Assembly (NCBI GenBank): GCA_910584975.1
Contig: CAJUEA010000003.1
Span: forward strand, 34,236-98,235
Length of the DNA stretch: 64,000 nt
Reading direction: 5' to 3'
From: an uncultured Christensenella sp.
Lineage (GTDB): Bacteria; Bacillota; Clostridia; Christensenellales; UBA3700
Below are positions 10,271 through 19,977 of the stretch, piece after piece (position 1 is the first letter of the stretch; the number at the start of each line of letters is the position of its first letter). The notes beneath the pieces are model-generated. The model was not told the origin of the DNA, did not search any database, and worked only from the letters and a program-made list of their open reading frames with translations. Position numbers and translations under genes: made by a program.

Positions 10271-10306
10271 CAGGAAGGAGAAATTTTTTCTCCTTCTTGT
10301 TTTTTA
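10271..10306 (+). terminator. Rho-independent terminator
   Basis: caggaaggagaaa pairs with tttctccttcttg (one G-U pair), followed by a T run. Confidence 0.75.
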
Positions 10307-10500
10307 GCTTGTTTAAACAAAAATTTCATTGAATAAAAGTTAGTATTTAACACATTAGTAGCATTAATTTAATATTGGTAGCAGAACTTATGTTAAGTAG
10401 TTTAAGCAAAACATTATATTAAATATTTAATTTATCTAACCATATATTTTGTTTCGACAATTTTGTAAGCTAATTTAAAACTTTAAAGCAATTCTAACTA

Positions 10501-10529
10501 TTGACATTGTGCCAAAACTATGGTATAAT
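10501..10529 (+). promoter_or_regulatory. Sigma-A promoter of the SRP RNA gene
   Basis: TTGACA (10501-10506), 17-nt spacer with an extended -10 TG, TATAAT (10524-10529). Confidence 0.75.
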
Positions 10530-10535
10530 ACATTT

Positions 10536-10805
10536 ACTACGCTAAGTGGGGAGCTAGCGGTGCCCTGTACCTGCAATCCGCTACAGCAGGACTGAATACT
10601 ATTCTAGGTTTAGTGTATGGAAGGTCTGACTTGAATAAGGAGTGTTGATATCAAGGTCTTGTGCAATGTTTCACTGTGAACCATGTCAGGGCTTGACCGC
10701 AGCAGCATTAAGCAGACCGATGCATGTGCCACGAGGAAGCTTTGAAGTAGCCACCTGTTTGAGGAATCGCTTCGGTATGCTATATCGAAAATAGTTGCGT
10801 AGTTT
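10536..10805 (+). ncRNA. ffs: Signal recognition particle RNA, large Bacillus type (scRNA with Alu domain)
   Basis: GC-rich island with no ORF. Contains GAGCTAGCGGTGCC.TGTA.CTGCAATCCGCT..AGCAGG, and GAACCATGTCAGG...GCAGCAGCATTAAG...CATGTGCC matching SRP domain IV. The 5' actacgc (10536-10542) pairs with the 3' gcgtagt (10797-10803), followed by a T run. Confidence 0.85.
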
Positions 10806-10816
10806 TTTGCAAATAA

Positions 10817-10849
10817 AAGCTGAGTTTAATTGCTCAGCTTATTTTTTTG
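10817..10849 (+). terminator. Rho-independent terminator downstream of SRP RNA
   Basis: aaagctgag pairs with ctcagctt, followed by a T7 run. Confidence 0.7.
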
Positions 10850-11042
10850 TCATTTTAAATTTAGTATTAACTCATATAGATAAATAACAAATATTAATTT
10901 GTCATTTTTAGTATAATTGGAATTTCACAAAGTATCCTTTTTGTAGGAATAAGAAAGCAACTCAAATTTAGACAAGGAAGTAATTAATAAAAATTATCTT
11001 TAGTTTTTCAGTTTTCTTATTAACAATGATTGCATAATAAAA

Positions 11043-11080
11043 CGGCAACTGCGATTTGCAGTTGCTGTTTTTGTTTTTTT
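11043..11080. terminator. Bidirectional terminator downstream of the GH3 gene
   Basis: cggcaactgc (11043-11052) pairs with gcagttgctg (11058-11067). There are A/T runs on both sides. Confidence 0.65.
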
Positions 11081-11104
11081 AGTTAGCTGATAAAAAATCA
11101 TTGA

Positions 11105-14008
11105 TTAGTCATTGTTTTCAGTGTTATCGTTTGATTGATTACGCTTTTTGCCTGAAAGTAGGGCAATGATATGTTGTTTTTCTTCTTCTGTGTCCATATC
11201 ATTATCCATATTTTGAAGATAATCTTTCAAGGCTTTTTTAATTTCTTTTTCTTCAGTTCTTTTTGATTGAACATCAATTCTGCCTTGCTTTTTCATATCG
11301 TCAAGATCTTTTATGCTTTGAGCTTTGATATTTTCAATATTTGTTTTGGCATCTTTAATGCTCTTTTTGTGTTGTTCTTTGTATTCCTTAAGTTTAGTAG
11401 GGTCATCAATATTTCTTAATATCTTGTTCAGCTCATCCATTTCAAATTCCAATGCTTTGATGTAATCTTCTTGGTCGCTGATAAGTTTTTTACGCTCCTG
11501 CTTTAAGCGTTTTTGTTCTTCTTTGATTTTCTTGCGTTCACGAGTAACTTTTGTTTCACTTGAAATTTTTCTTATATTCTTGATTGACAAGAATAAGCCC
11601 TTAAGCATTTTTCCCAAACCTTTAAGTCTGTGTCTGTTACCCCAAAGAATAATACCTTCTGTGACAATGTTGTCAAGCAAGCCAGATGTTACGCCTGACA
11701 AACCACGCATTGGCATTTCTTCCATACCTTGTTGCAACATAAGCATTGTTGTCATATCTGCATCTGGCACTTGGCTTTTGATAACAGCTGGAGCAAATTT
11801 GCAGAATAGTTTGCCGATAATGCAACATTTCATTTCTCCAATTGTGGTGTTTTTGTCAAATTCACCACGCTTAGCAGGCATATTTGGTGGCATTTTATCT
11901 CCATATATTGCCTCAAATTGCTCAACAGGGATTTCCTCTGCATCAACCATATTATAATAAACTGGTGCACTTTCTTTGTAGTCTGGGTGAGTAATGTTAT
12001 CGTTACCTTTAACATTAACAACACTTGAAAGTTTGATATCTCTTGAAGATGCACCAACAAGAATTTCAAATTCGCCACTTTCCACAACCCAGTCTTTTAC
12101 ATCCACATTGTAGTAAGCAAAGCTGCGTTTGTCAAGCTCTATGCTGACAGTAGCACTTTCGCCAGCCTTGATAAACACTTTGTCAAAGCCTTTAAGTTCT
12201 TTTTCAGGTCTGAAAATTGTGCTTTCAATATCTTTAACATAAACTTGAGCAACTTCAAATCCATCATATTTGCCTGTGTTTTTGATGTTGAAAGTTATTG
12301 TCAATTTATCATTATCACTAATTTTGTCACTTGAAAGTTTTAGGTCAGAGTATTCAAAAGTAGTGTAACTCAAGCCGTGTCCAAATGGGAAAGCAACTTG
12401 TTTTTTCGCACTGTCGTAATATCTGTAACCAACAAACATACCTTCGCGATGTTCACTTGTTTTTGGTGCGCCAACATAGTATTTTGAACCAATGTAATCT
12501 TCAAGTTTGATTGGATATGTTTCTGCAAGTTTACCACTTGGGTTGACAATACCATAAATAATGTCAGCAATTGCCTCACCAGCAGCCTCGCCAGGTAAAT
12601 AAGCATTCAAAAGTGTGTGGACTTTGTCTATCCAAGGCATTTCAACAGGGGAGCCACCAAGCAATACAACAATAACATTGTTGTTTACTTGCGTAACAGC
12701 CTCAATCAATTTGCTGTGGCTGACAGGGATTGTCATATCCTTTCTGTCATAGCCTTCACATTCGTAAGAGTCGGTTAGTCCCACAAACAAAATAACATGG
12801 TCGTTGTTTTTTGCACTTTCAACTGCCTCGTTAAACAAAGCCTCGTCGTAACCATCGTTTGACAATTTGTAGCCTTCTTTATATTCATATGCAAGCTTGT
12901 GACTATCCAAATAATCAGTAAAGCTTACCAAATTGTAAGGATTAATTCTTGAACTTCCTGCACCTTGATAACGAATAGTTTTTGCAAGGCTACCAATTAC
13001 AGTGATTTTATCAGTGTGGTCAATAGGCAAAGCATTTTTGTCATTTTTCATAAGGATGATAGACTCATTTGCAACATGCCTTGCCAAACGATGGCCATCA
13101 CGATAGTTATAGAAATATCCGTCATCTTGTGCTGCTTGAACTTTAAAGATAAGTTTCAAAATTCTTTCAACAACAATGTCAAGGTCAGCCTCTTGTAAAG
13201 TGCCGTCAAGCACTGCTTTGACAATTTCCTTATCTGTTCTGCCACCACAACTTGGCATTTCCAAATCCATACCTGCAACAATGCCTTGAACTCGATCATT
13301 AACTGCATTCCAGTCAGAAACAACCATACCTTCAAAGCCCCATTCGTCTCTTAAAATATCAGTAAGCAAATATTTGTTGTCAGAGCTGTAAACGCCGTTT
13401 ATGCGATTGTAACTGCACATTACAGTTTCAGGTTGAGCCTCTTTGACAGCAATTTCAAATGGTGTCAAATAAATTTCACGAAATGTCCTTTCGTCCACAA
13501 CTTCGTTAATAGTCATACGATTGGACTCTTGGCTGTTAACAGCAAAGTGTTTTAGGGAAGTGCCAACGCCAGTTGTTTTTGTTCCTTGAATATAGCTGCT
13601 TGACATTTTTCCTGCAAGGAATGGATCCTCAGAAAAATATTCAAAGTTTCTGCCACAAAGTGGAGATCTTTTGATGTTTGTTCCAGGTCCTAAAATAACA
13701 TCAATATTTTGATTTATGCATTGTTCGCCTAAAGCTCTGCCCACTTGTTTGATAAGTTCAGGATTCCAAGTGGATGCCATATTTACAGCAGGTGGAAAGC
13801 TAGTTGCAGGAAAGCTACTTTTCAATGCAACATTGTCTGCGTCGTCGTTATTTTCTTTTCTTAGTCCGTGAGGGCCGTCTGACATCATAATTGATGGGAT
13901 GTTAAGTCTGTCAATTGACTTAGTCTCCCAAAATGTTTGACCACTGCACAATGATGCCTTTTCAAATAAGGTCATATTTCTGATTAGATTATGAATTAAG
14001 TTTTCCAT
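11105..14008 (-). CDS. Glycoside hydrolase family 3 beta-glucosidase-like enzyme with a long K/E-rich C-terminal tail
   Basis: 967 aa, no signal peptide. GH3 motifs SDGPHGLRK and GFEGMVVSDW (Asp nucleophile), followed by a Fn3-like domain. The last ~154 aa are charged with a heptad-like pattern. Confidence 0.85.
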   Translation of the reverse strand: MENLIHNLIRNMTLFEKASLCSGQTFWETKSIDRLNIPSIMMSDGPHGLRKENNDDADNVALKSSFPATSFPPAVNMASTWNPELIKQVGRALGEQCINQNIDVILGPGTNIKRSPLCGRNFEYFSEDPFLAGKMSSSYIQGTKTTGVGTSLKHFAVNSQESNRMTINEVVDERTFREIYLTPFEIAVKEAQPETVMCSYNRINGVYSSDNKYLLTDILRDEWGFEGMVVSDWNAVNDRVQGIVAGMDLEMPSCGGRTDKEIVKAVLDGTLQEADLDIVVERILKLIFKVQAAQDDGYFYNYRDGHRLARHVANESIILMKNDKNALPIDHTDKITVIGSLAKTIRYQGAGSSRINPYNLVSFTDYLDSHKLAYEYKEGYKLSNDGYDEALFNEAVESAKNNDHVILFVGLTDSYECEGYDRKDMTIPVSHSKLIEAVTQVNNNVIVVLLGGSPVEMPWIDKVHTLLNAYLPGEAAGEAIADIIYGIVNPSGKLAETYPIKLEDYIGSKYYVGAPKTSEHREGMFVGYRYYDSAKKQVAFPFGHGLSYTTFEYSDLKLSSDKISDNDKLTITFNIKNTGKYDGFEVAQVYVKDIESTIFRPEKELKGFDKVFIKAGESATVSIELDKRSFAYYNVDVKDWVVESGEFEILVGASSRDIKLSSVVNVKGNDNITHPDYKESAPVYYNMVDAEEIPVEQFEAIYGDKMPPNMPAKRGEFDKNTTIGEMKCCIIGKLFCKFAPAVIKSQVPDADMTTMLMLQQGMEEMPMRGLSGVTSGLLDNIVTEGIILWGNRHRLKGLGKMLKGLFLSIKNIRKISSETKVTRERKKIKEEQKRLKQERKKLISDQEDYIKALEFEMDELNKILRNIDDPTKLKEYKEQHKKSIKDAKTNIENIKAQSIKDLDDMKKQGRIDVQSKRTEEKEIKKALKDYLQNMDNDMDTEEEKQHIIALLSGKKRNQSNDNTENND

Positions 14009-14345
14009 ATATCCTCCACATAAAATTTATGATATGGTGATAAAAATAAATTTTATTCACATTTTTGATTTAATGGTTTTTAATTGTAATTTCGCTATAT
14101 TTAGCATTATTAAGTCTAGTATACCATATAATTTTGGTAAAATCAATAGCTTATTGCAAAATTCTTTTAATTTAAAATATATATAATTATAAATATGAAT
14201 GATATGCAACATTTGTGAATAAAATTGTTAAGATTGTTCTTTTTTTTGGCACTTTTACTTTTTATTGAATGCATTATAAATTTTCAATACTGTTGTTTGA
14301 AAAATACTATTTTGTGCATATTGCGATTATATTAGTTTTATAAAT

Positions 14346-14372
14346 TAATATCGATTTTCGTAGTGTTTTTTA
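14346..14372 (+). repeat. 27-nt element TAATATCGATTTTCGTAGTGTTTTTTA (partner at 8114-8140)
   Basis: See 8114-8140. Ends 140 nt upstream of the guaB ATG. Confidence 0.85.
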
Positions 14373-14478
14373 TTTTTATGTCAATATATCGATAATTTAA
14401 CAAAAATTTTTTTAATTTTTTTTTGTCAAACCCGTTATTTGTTTGACTTTTTTTTTAATATCTATTACAATAATTTAA

Positions 14479-15969
<1,491 letters not shown>

Positions 15970-15985
15970 TTAAATTAAAAATTAT

Positions 15986-16016
15986 GCCTGTCAGTTTTTT
16001 GACGGGCAATTTTTTA
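15986..16016 (+). terminator. Rho-independent terminator after guaB
   Basis: gcctgtca (15986-15993) pairs with tgacgggc (16000-16007), followed by a T run. Confidence 0.75.
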
Positions 16017-16099
16017 TTGCCCCACGAAATAACCTTTTTGTGGGGACCTCATTTTATATTTTGGTTGGACTTAATATTGCTGTATTAATGACTTTTTTT

Positions 16100-16428
16100 G
16101 TCATTTCGAGCAATTATGCAAGTGTCATTTCGAGCGAAGTCGAGAAATCTCAAACTTTGCTTGGAATGTATAGGTGAGTGTCATATGGAGTTATTATGCA
16201 AGTGTCATCCCGAGCTTGTCGAGGGATCTCAAACTTAGCTTATTATAAAAATGATTCCTTTTATCTTTCTCAACAAGCACAGCCCGAGATTTCTCAACTG
16301 CACTGCGTTCCGTTCGAAATGACAAGTTAAACTTAGAATGACATAGTACCATTTTTATTGTTAGCAATAATATTAATGTCATTCCCCGAGTGAAACGCAG
16401 TGAAATCGAAAGATCTCAAACTTTGCTT
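16100..16428. repeat. Cluster of GTCATTYCGAGC...GAGAAATCTC-type short repeats, including two 80-bp tandem units
   Basis: Unit 1 starts at 16100 and unit 2 at 16180 (GTCAT..GAG.WATTATGCAAGTGTCATYYCGAGC..TCGAGRRATCTCAAACTTWGCTT). There is an inverted long copy at 16285-16323 and a direct long copy at 16378-16428. Confidence 0.85.
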
Positions 16429-16485
16429 TTTATGATAATAATGTTTACCTTATTATAAAGGCTTTAAAAAGTTACCAATTGTGTA

Positions 16486-16524
16486 AAAAGTGTCAAAAAA
16501 AGTATACCTTTTTTGACACTTTTT
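16486..16524. terminator. Near-perfect 16-bp palindromic hairpin with flanking A and T runs
   Basis: aaaagtgtcaaaaaaag pairs with cttttttgacactttt, followed by a T run. It is not adjacent to any CDS end. Confidence 0.5.
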
Positions 16525-16926
16525 TAACTAAAGTTTAAAAACTAAAAGTTATTAAAAATGATAAAATAATAAAGTATTTTACATAAATAGTATAGCATTT
16601 AAACAAAATGCTGTCAAGTGCAATTTGTCAAAAAAGGTATACTTTAATTGGCAGATTTTGCGCAATATGTGTAATAAAAACAGCATATTTTTGAGTTAAT
16701 TTAAGTAGTATTAAATATAAATAAAATATAAAAATTATATTTGACCTTGCTTTTATACATTTTGTATGATATACTTGAATTATAAGCAGTTTTGATTAAT
16801 ATTTGAGTGGCAAATAAAGCGAGCTTTTTTTATTAAAATTTACTTTCTTAAGTTGTATTTTAGCACATAAAAATATTTATAAAAAATAATTTTTCACAAA
16901 AAAATCTATCAAAAATCGGGGGATAT

Positions 16927-18189
16927 ATGAAATTTTGGGATATTTTGAAAATATCATGCAAAAATATGATGAACAACAAGCTTAGGACTTTGCTTGTTTG
17001 GTTTATGTTGTTTATTATGTCCACCATTGTGTTGGTTATTTTGTCAACAGGCGTTGGAATGATAGATTTTTTCAATGATAATTTGAACGAAGGCACCCGT
17101 ACATATCAAGATCTTACATTTGAATACAAAGAAGATAAAAAAGGGGAACAAATTGATATATTCAAATTTGACGAGATTGAGCAATTGGAAAATTTTATTG
17201 CAAAAAAATTGCCTCAACTTAAAGTTATCAAGATGTATTGTGGGGGAGATAATGGAGGAGTGGTTTCTTTTGGTGATCATGCTATTACGATAACTGATAT
17301 GAGATACAATATGTTTTTTGACCAACAGGACTATATGGTTAGTGGCAGAATGTGGGCAGAAAAAGATAGGAATACATCAAGAGTTTGGATAAATCAATCA
17401 TATGCAAATAAATTTAATAAAGCAGTTGGCGATAAAATTGATATAGGGTTGACAATTGGACGAAGTACATTCAAAGTTTATCTTGATATTTTTGGCATTA
17501 TAAAAGATGATGCTATTCCTGGTAAAATACAACAAGAATCAAATGTTTTTTGTGATTATGCTTTTATGCACAATCAAGGTGCTAAGTTTACAAAAATCCA
17601 GTTTATGGAGCCAATGAGTGGAGAAGGTTTGAACTATGATTCTTGGAAAGCTTTGAAAAGTTTTACAAACAAGTATAACAAGTATGACAAGGCAACTAAA
17701 AATGGCATTGCAGTTTATACAAGTTCAAGTGATTTTGATTTAATGTACTACATTATGCTTGCAATTATCTTTTTGATGGTTATTATTTCTCTTGTTGTGC
17801 TTTTGCTAAGCATTGGTTGCGTTGCAAACTCCATTCAAATTACGGTGGAGCAGAATGCACAATTTTTTGGTGTGATGAAAGCAATAGGTATGCGAAATAG
17901 CAATTTGTATTTCATAATTTATACACAAGCAGTAATTATCATTTTAGCAACAATAATCACTGCAAGTGGTGCAGCAGTAGGGTTGTTGTCTGTTTTGACA
18001 CCTGCGATTTTATCCTTTTTGACAACACTGGGTGCACCACCACTGCAACTTTCTTTGACACTTCCTGTTTACATGCCTTTTATTGTATTGTTTGTTTTGA
18101 TTGGACTTGTAATTTTGTGGACGGCAAAATCACTGAAAGGACTTGCTAAAAAAGATGTCATTACAATGATAAATGAGGTGGGGCAATGA
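16927..18189 (+). CDS. FtsX-family (MacB/LolC-like) ABC permease, type A copy 1
   Basis: 420 aa. N-terminal TM, ~230-aa extracytoplasmic domain, C-terminal FtsX domain (VEQNAQFFGVMKAIGMRN) with 3 TM. Confidence 0.85.
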   Translation: MKFWDILKISCKNMMNNKLRTLLVWFMLFIMSTIVLVILSTGVGMIDFFNDNLNEGTRTYQDLTFEYKEDKKGEQIDIFKFDEIEQLENFIAKKLPQLKVIKMYCGGDNGGVVSFGDHAITITDMRYNMFFDQQDYMVSGRMWAEKDRNTSRVWINQSYANKFNKAVGDKIDIGLTIGRSTFKVYLDIFGIIKDDAIPGKIQQESNVFCDYAFMHNQGAKFTKIQFMEPMSGEGLNYDSWKALKSFTNKYNKYDKATKNGIAVYTSSSDFDLMYYIMLAIIFLMVIISLVVLLLSIGCVANSIQITVEQNAQFFGVMKAIGMRNSNLYFIIYTQAVIIILATIITASGAAVGLLSVLTPAILSFLTTLGAPPLQLSLTLPVYMPFIVLFVLIGLVILWTAKSLKGLAKKDVITMINEVGQ

Positions 18190-19907
18190 AGATAAACGAT
18201 TGTTGGAGACTTGCAAAAATAAGTTTGCAAGCACGAAAAAAAGCCACACGAAATACAATTTGCGGAATGGTAGTCAGTTTGGTTATTATTATTCCGTTGA
18301 TATTTGCCACAATTGGCTTGAATTTGTCCGTAAAATCCGAGCTTAATTCTCATCCGGAGCTGCTTTATGCAAGCTTTTATAGTGCACAACCTGGATTTAA
18401 ATTGGATGAGAGCATTGATGAATACAATTTAGATAGGCGTGGTAATAACTATGATCCACCTCACAGAAGCAGATGGAAAGATAGAAGTGCTGATTTTAAA
18501 CAATTGGAAAATGAAACTTTTAATTATGTAAGCGTGGTGGCTGATATTGATAATTGGTATAGCAATTATAATGAAAGTATTCATGTTAATGGTGGTAGAA
18601 GAGGTTTGAAAAAATTTGAAAATATCGTTAACAAAGAATATTCAGCACTTGCAATTGCTGCTGAGAGCTGTGTGAGCAAGTTTTCTTCCTCAAAATATAA
18701 TTTTTTGAAGGCACCATATAACAAAGGTTTTACAGGAAATGGTGCAAGGCAAGTGATATTGAGTGAAAGATATCTTGCAATGGCAGGCTTGCAACCACAA
18801 GATGTTTATGGCAAAAAAGTTACAATAAAAATTAAAGAACATCACTATATTTCCAGTACAAATAATTTTTATTTCAAAACTGACGGCAATGAAAATTTGG
18901 TCGATTCAGTTGAATACAATTTGTTTGAGGAGTTTGAAGTTGTTGGCATTACTACCAATAAGCTATGGTACAATTCAAGCACGGAAAGTGGATTTGATGA
19001 AATTGATGATGATCACTGGAGGAATTATTACACGGGGTTGGAAAATGCCAATATTATAGTGTCAGGTGCATCATATTATGGCAATGACGGAAAACCTGCT
19101 ATTGACCATGAATTTTATGTTGATGAGAATGGCGAAAAGCTGATTTGTGATTTTGGAAATTTGCAGGAGAAAAATGCAATGACAAAAGATTTTGTCTTTT
19201 GTGGGGCAAATGGATACAATCCCTATTATATTGAGGCAGAAAGAGAAAATTGGAAATACACTGGCAAAATGAATTGCGTTCAAGTGAATTATTATAAATA
19301 TTATCCTGAAAATGACAGCACAGATTCTTATGACCAAATAACTGCTATACTAGAAAAAGCTTATCCATTTTATAGTGATGAGTACAAGTCTTTTGACCAA
19401 TTTAGGCTTGGAGGGTATACTGCAAGGATGTATTCTGAATTTGCAGTGATAGACTTTTTTATAAGCAGTATTCTTATGATATTATCAATTTTTTCCATTA
19501 TCATTTTGCTTACAGCATTGATAAATTTGTTTAACACAATTATGCACAGCGTTCAATCACGGAAAAATTATTTGGGTGTTATGCGTGCAGTAGGGGCAAA
19601 ATCCAAAGATATACCTAAGCTGTATTTCTTTGAGGTAATAAGAATGATTTGCACTGCTTTTGCTTGGATTGCGTGCATTGGAATAGCATTGTGTATTGTT
19701 GTAAAAATTGTAATTGACAAGATTTTTACAAGTGCAATTGGTGGTTATGCAAAAATAATTACAATTTCTTTGCCATGGTATTTAATCCCGATAGTAATAC
19801 TAGCGATTATGGCAATTTTGTTTGTTGTCGGATTGATATTTGCTTTGGGTTGCAGTGTAAAAATTGCTTATAAGCCGATTGTGGAATCGCTTGAAGAAGG
19901 GCAATAA
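18186..19907 (+). CDS. FtsX-family ABC permease, type B copy 1
   Basis: 573 aa. ATGA overlap with the upstream gene. ~380-aa extracytoplasmic domain, then an FtsX domain (SRKNYLGVMRAVGAKSKDI). Confidence 0.85.
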   Translation: MKINDCWRLAKISLQARKKATRNTICGMVVSLVIIIPLIFATIGLNLSVKSELNSHPELLYASFYSAQPGFKLDESIDEYNLDRRGNNYDPPHRSRWKDRSADFKQLENETFNYVSVVADIDNWYSNYNESIHVNGGRRGLKKFENIVNKEYSALAIAAESCVSKFSSSKYNFLKAPYNKGFTGNGARQVILSERYLAMAGLQPQDVYGKKVTIKIKEHHYISSTNNFYFKTDGNENLVDSVEYNLFEEFEVVGITTNKLWYNSSTESGFDEIDDDHWRNYYTGLENANIIVSGASYYGNDGKPAIDHEFYVDENGEKLICDFGNLQEKNAMTKDFVFCGANGYNPYYIEAERENWKYTGKMNCVQVNYYKYYPENDSTDSYDQITAILEKAYPFYSDEYKSFDQFRLGGYTARMYSEFAVIDFFISSILMILSIFSIIILLTALINLFNTIMHSVQSRKNYLGVMRAVGAKSKDIPKLYFFEVIRMICTAFAWIACIGIALCIVVKIVIDKIFTSAIGGYAKIITISLPWYLIPIVILAIMAILFVVGLIFALGCSVKIAYKPIVESLEEGQ

Positions 19908-19911
19908 TATG

Positions 19912-19930
19912 TCAAAAATCGGTACTAAAA
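19912..19930 (+). repeat. TCAAAAATCGGTACTAAAA motif copy
   Basis: Exact 19-mer, identical to 40927-40945. Intergenic, between a permease gene and the ATPase gene. Confidence 0.8.
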
Positions 19931-19977
19931 CGCAAAAATATGCGTTTGCAATATAAAAAGTTTTTTTTGGAGGTAGT

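Noticed and set aside
16194-16382. 62-aa minus-strand ORF in the guaB-ABC gap
   Set aside because: It is made entirely of the GTCATTYCGAG...ATCTC repeat copies (peptide ...SLRSLDKLGMT). It has no SD and looks like a typical spurious ORF created by this repeat family.
16100-16428. Possible CRISPR array
   Set aside because: Repeats are imperfect, occur in both orientations, have irregular spacing and include truncated copies. No cas genes are in the window.
19909-19956. 15-codon mini-ORF (MSKIGTKTQKYAFAI) between a permease gene and the ATPase gene
   Set aside because: It has no SD and its sequence is the TCAAAAATCGGTACTAAAA motif. Other motif copies are read in different frames or are non-coding. 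So the DNA or RNA motif, not a peptide, is probably what is conserved.
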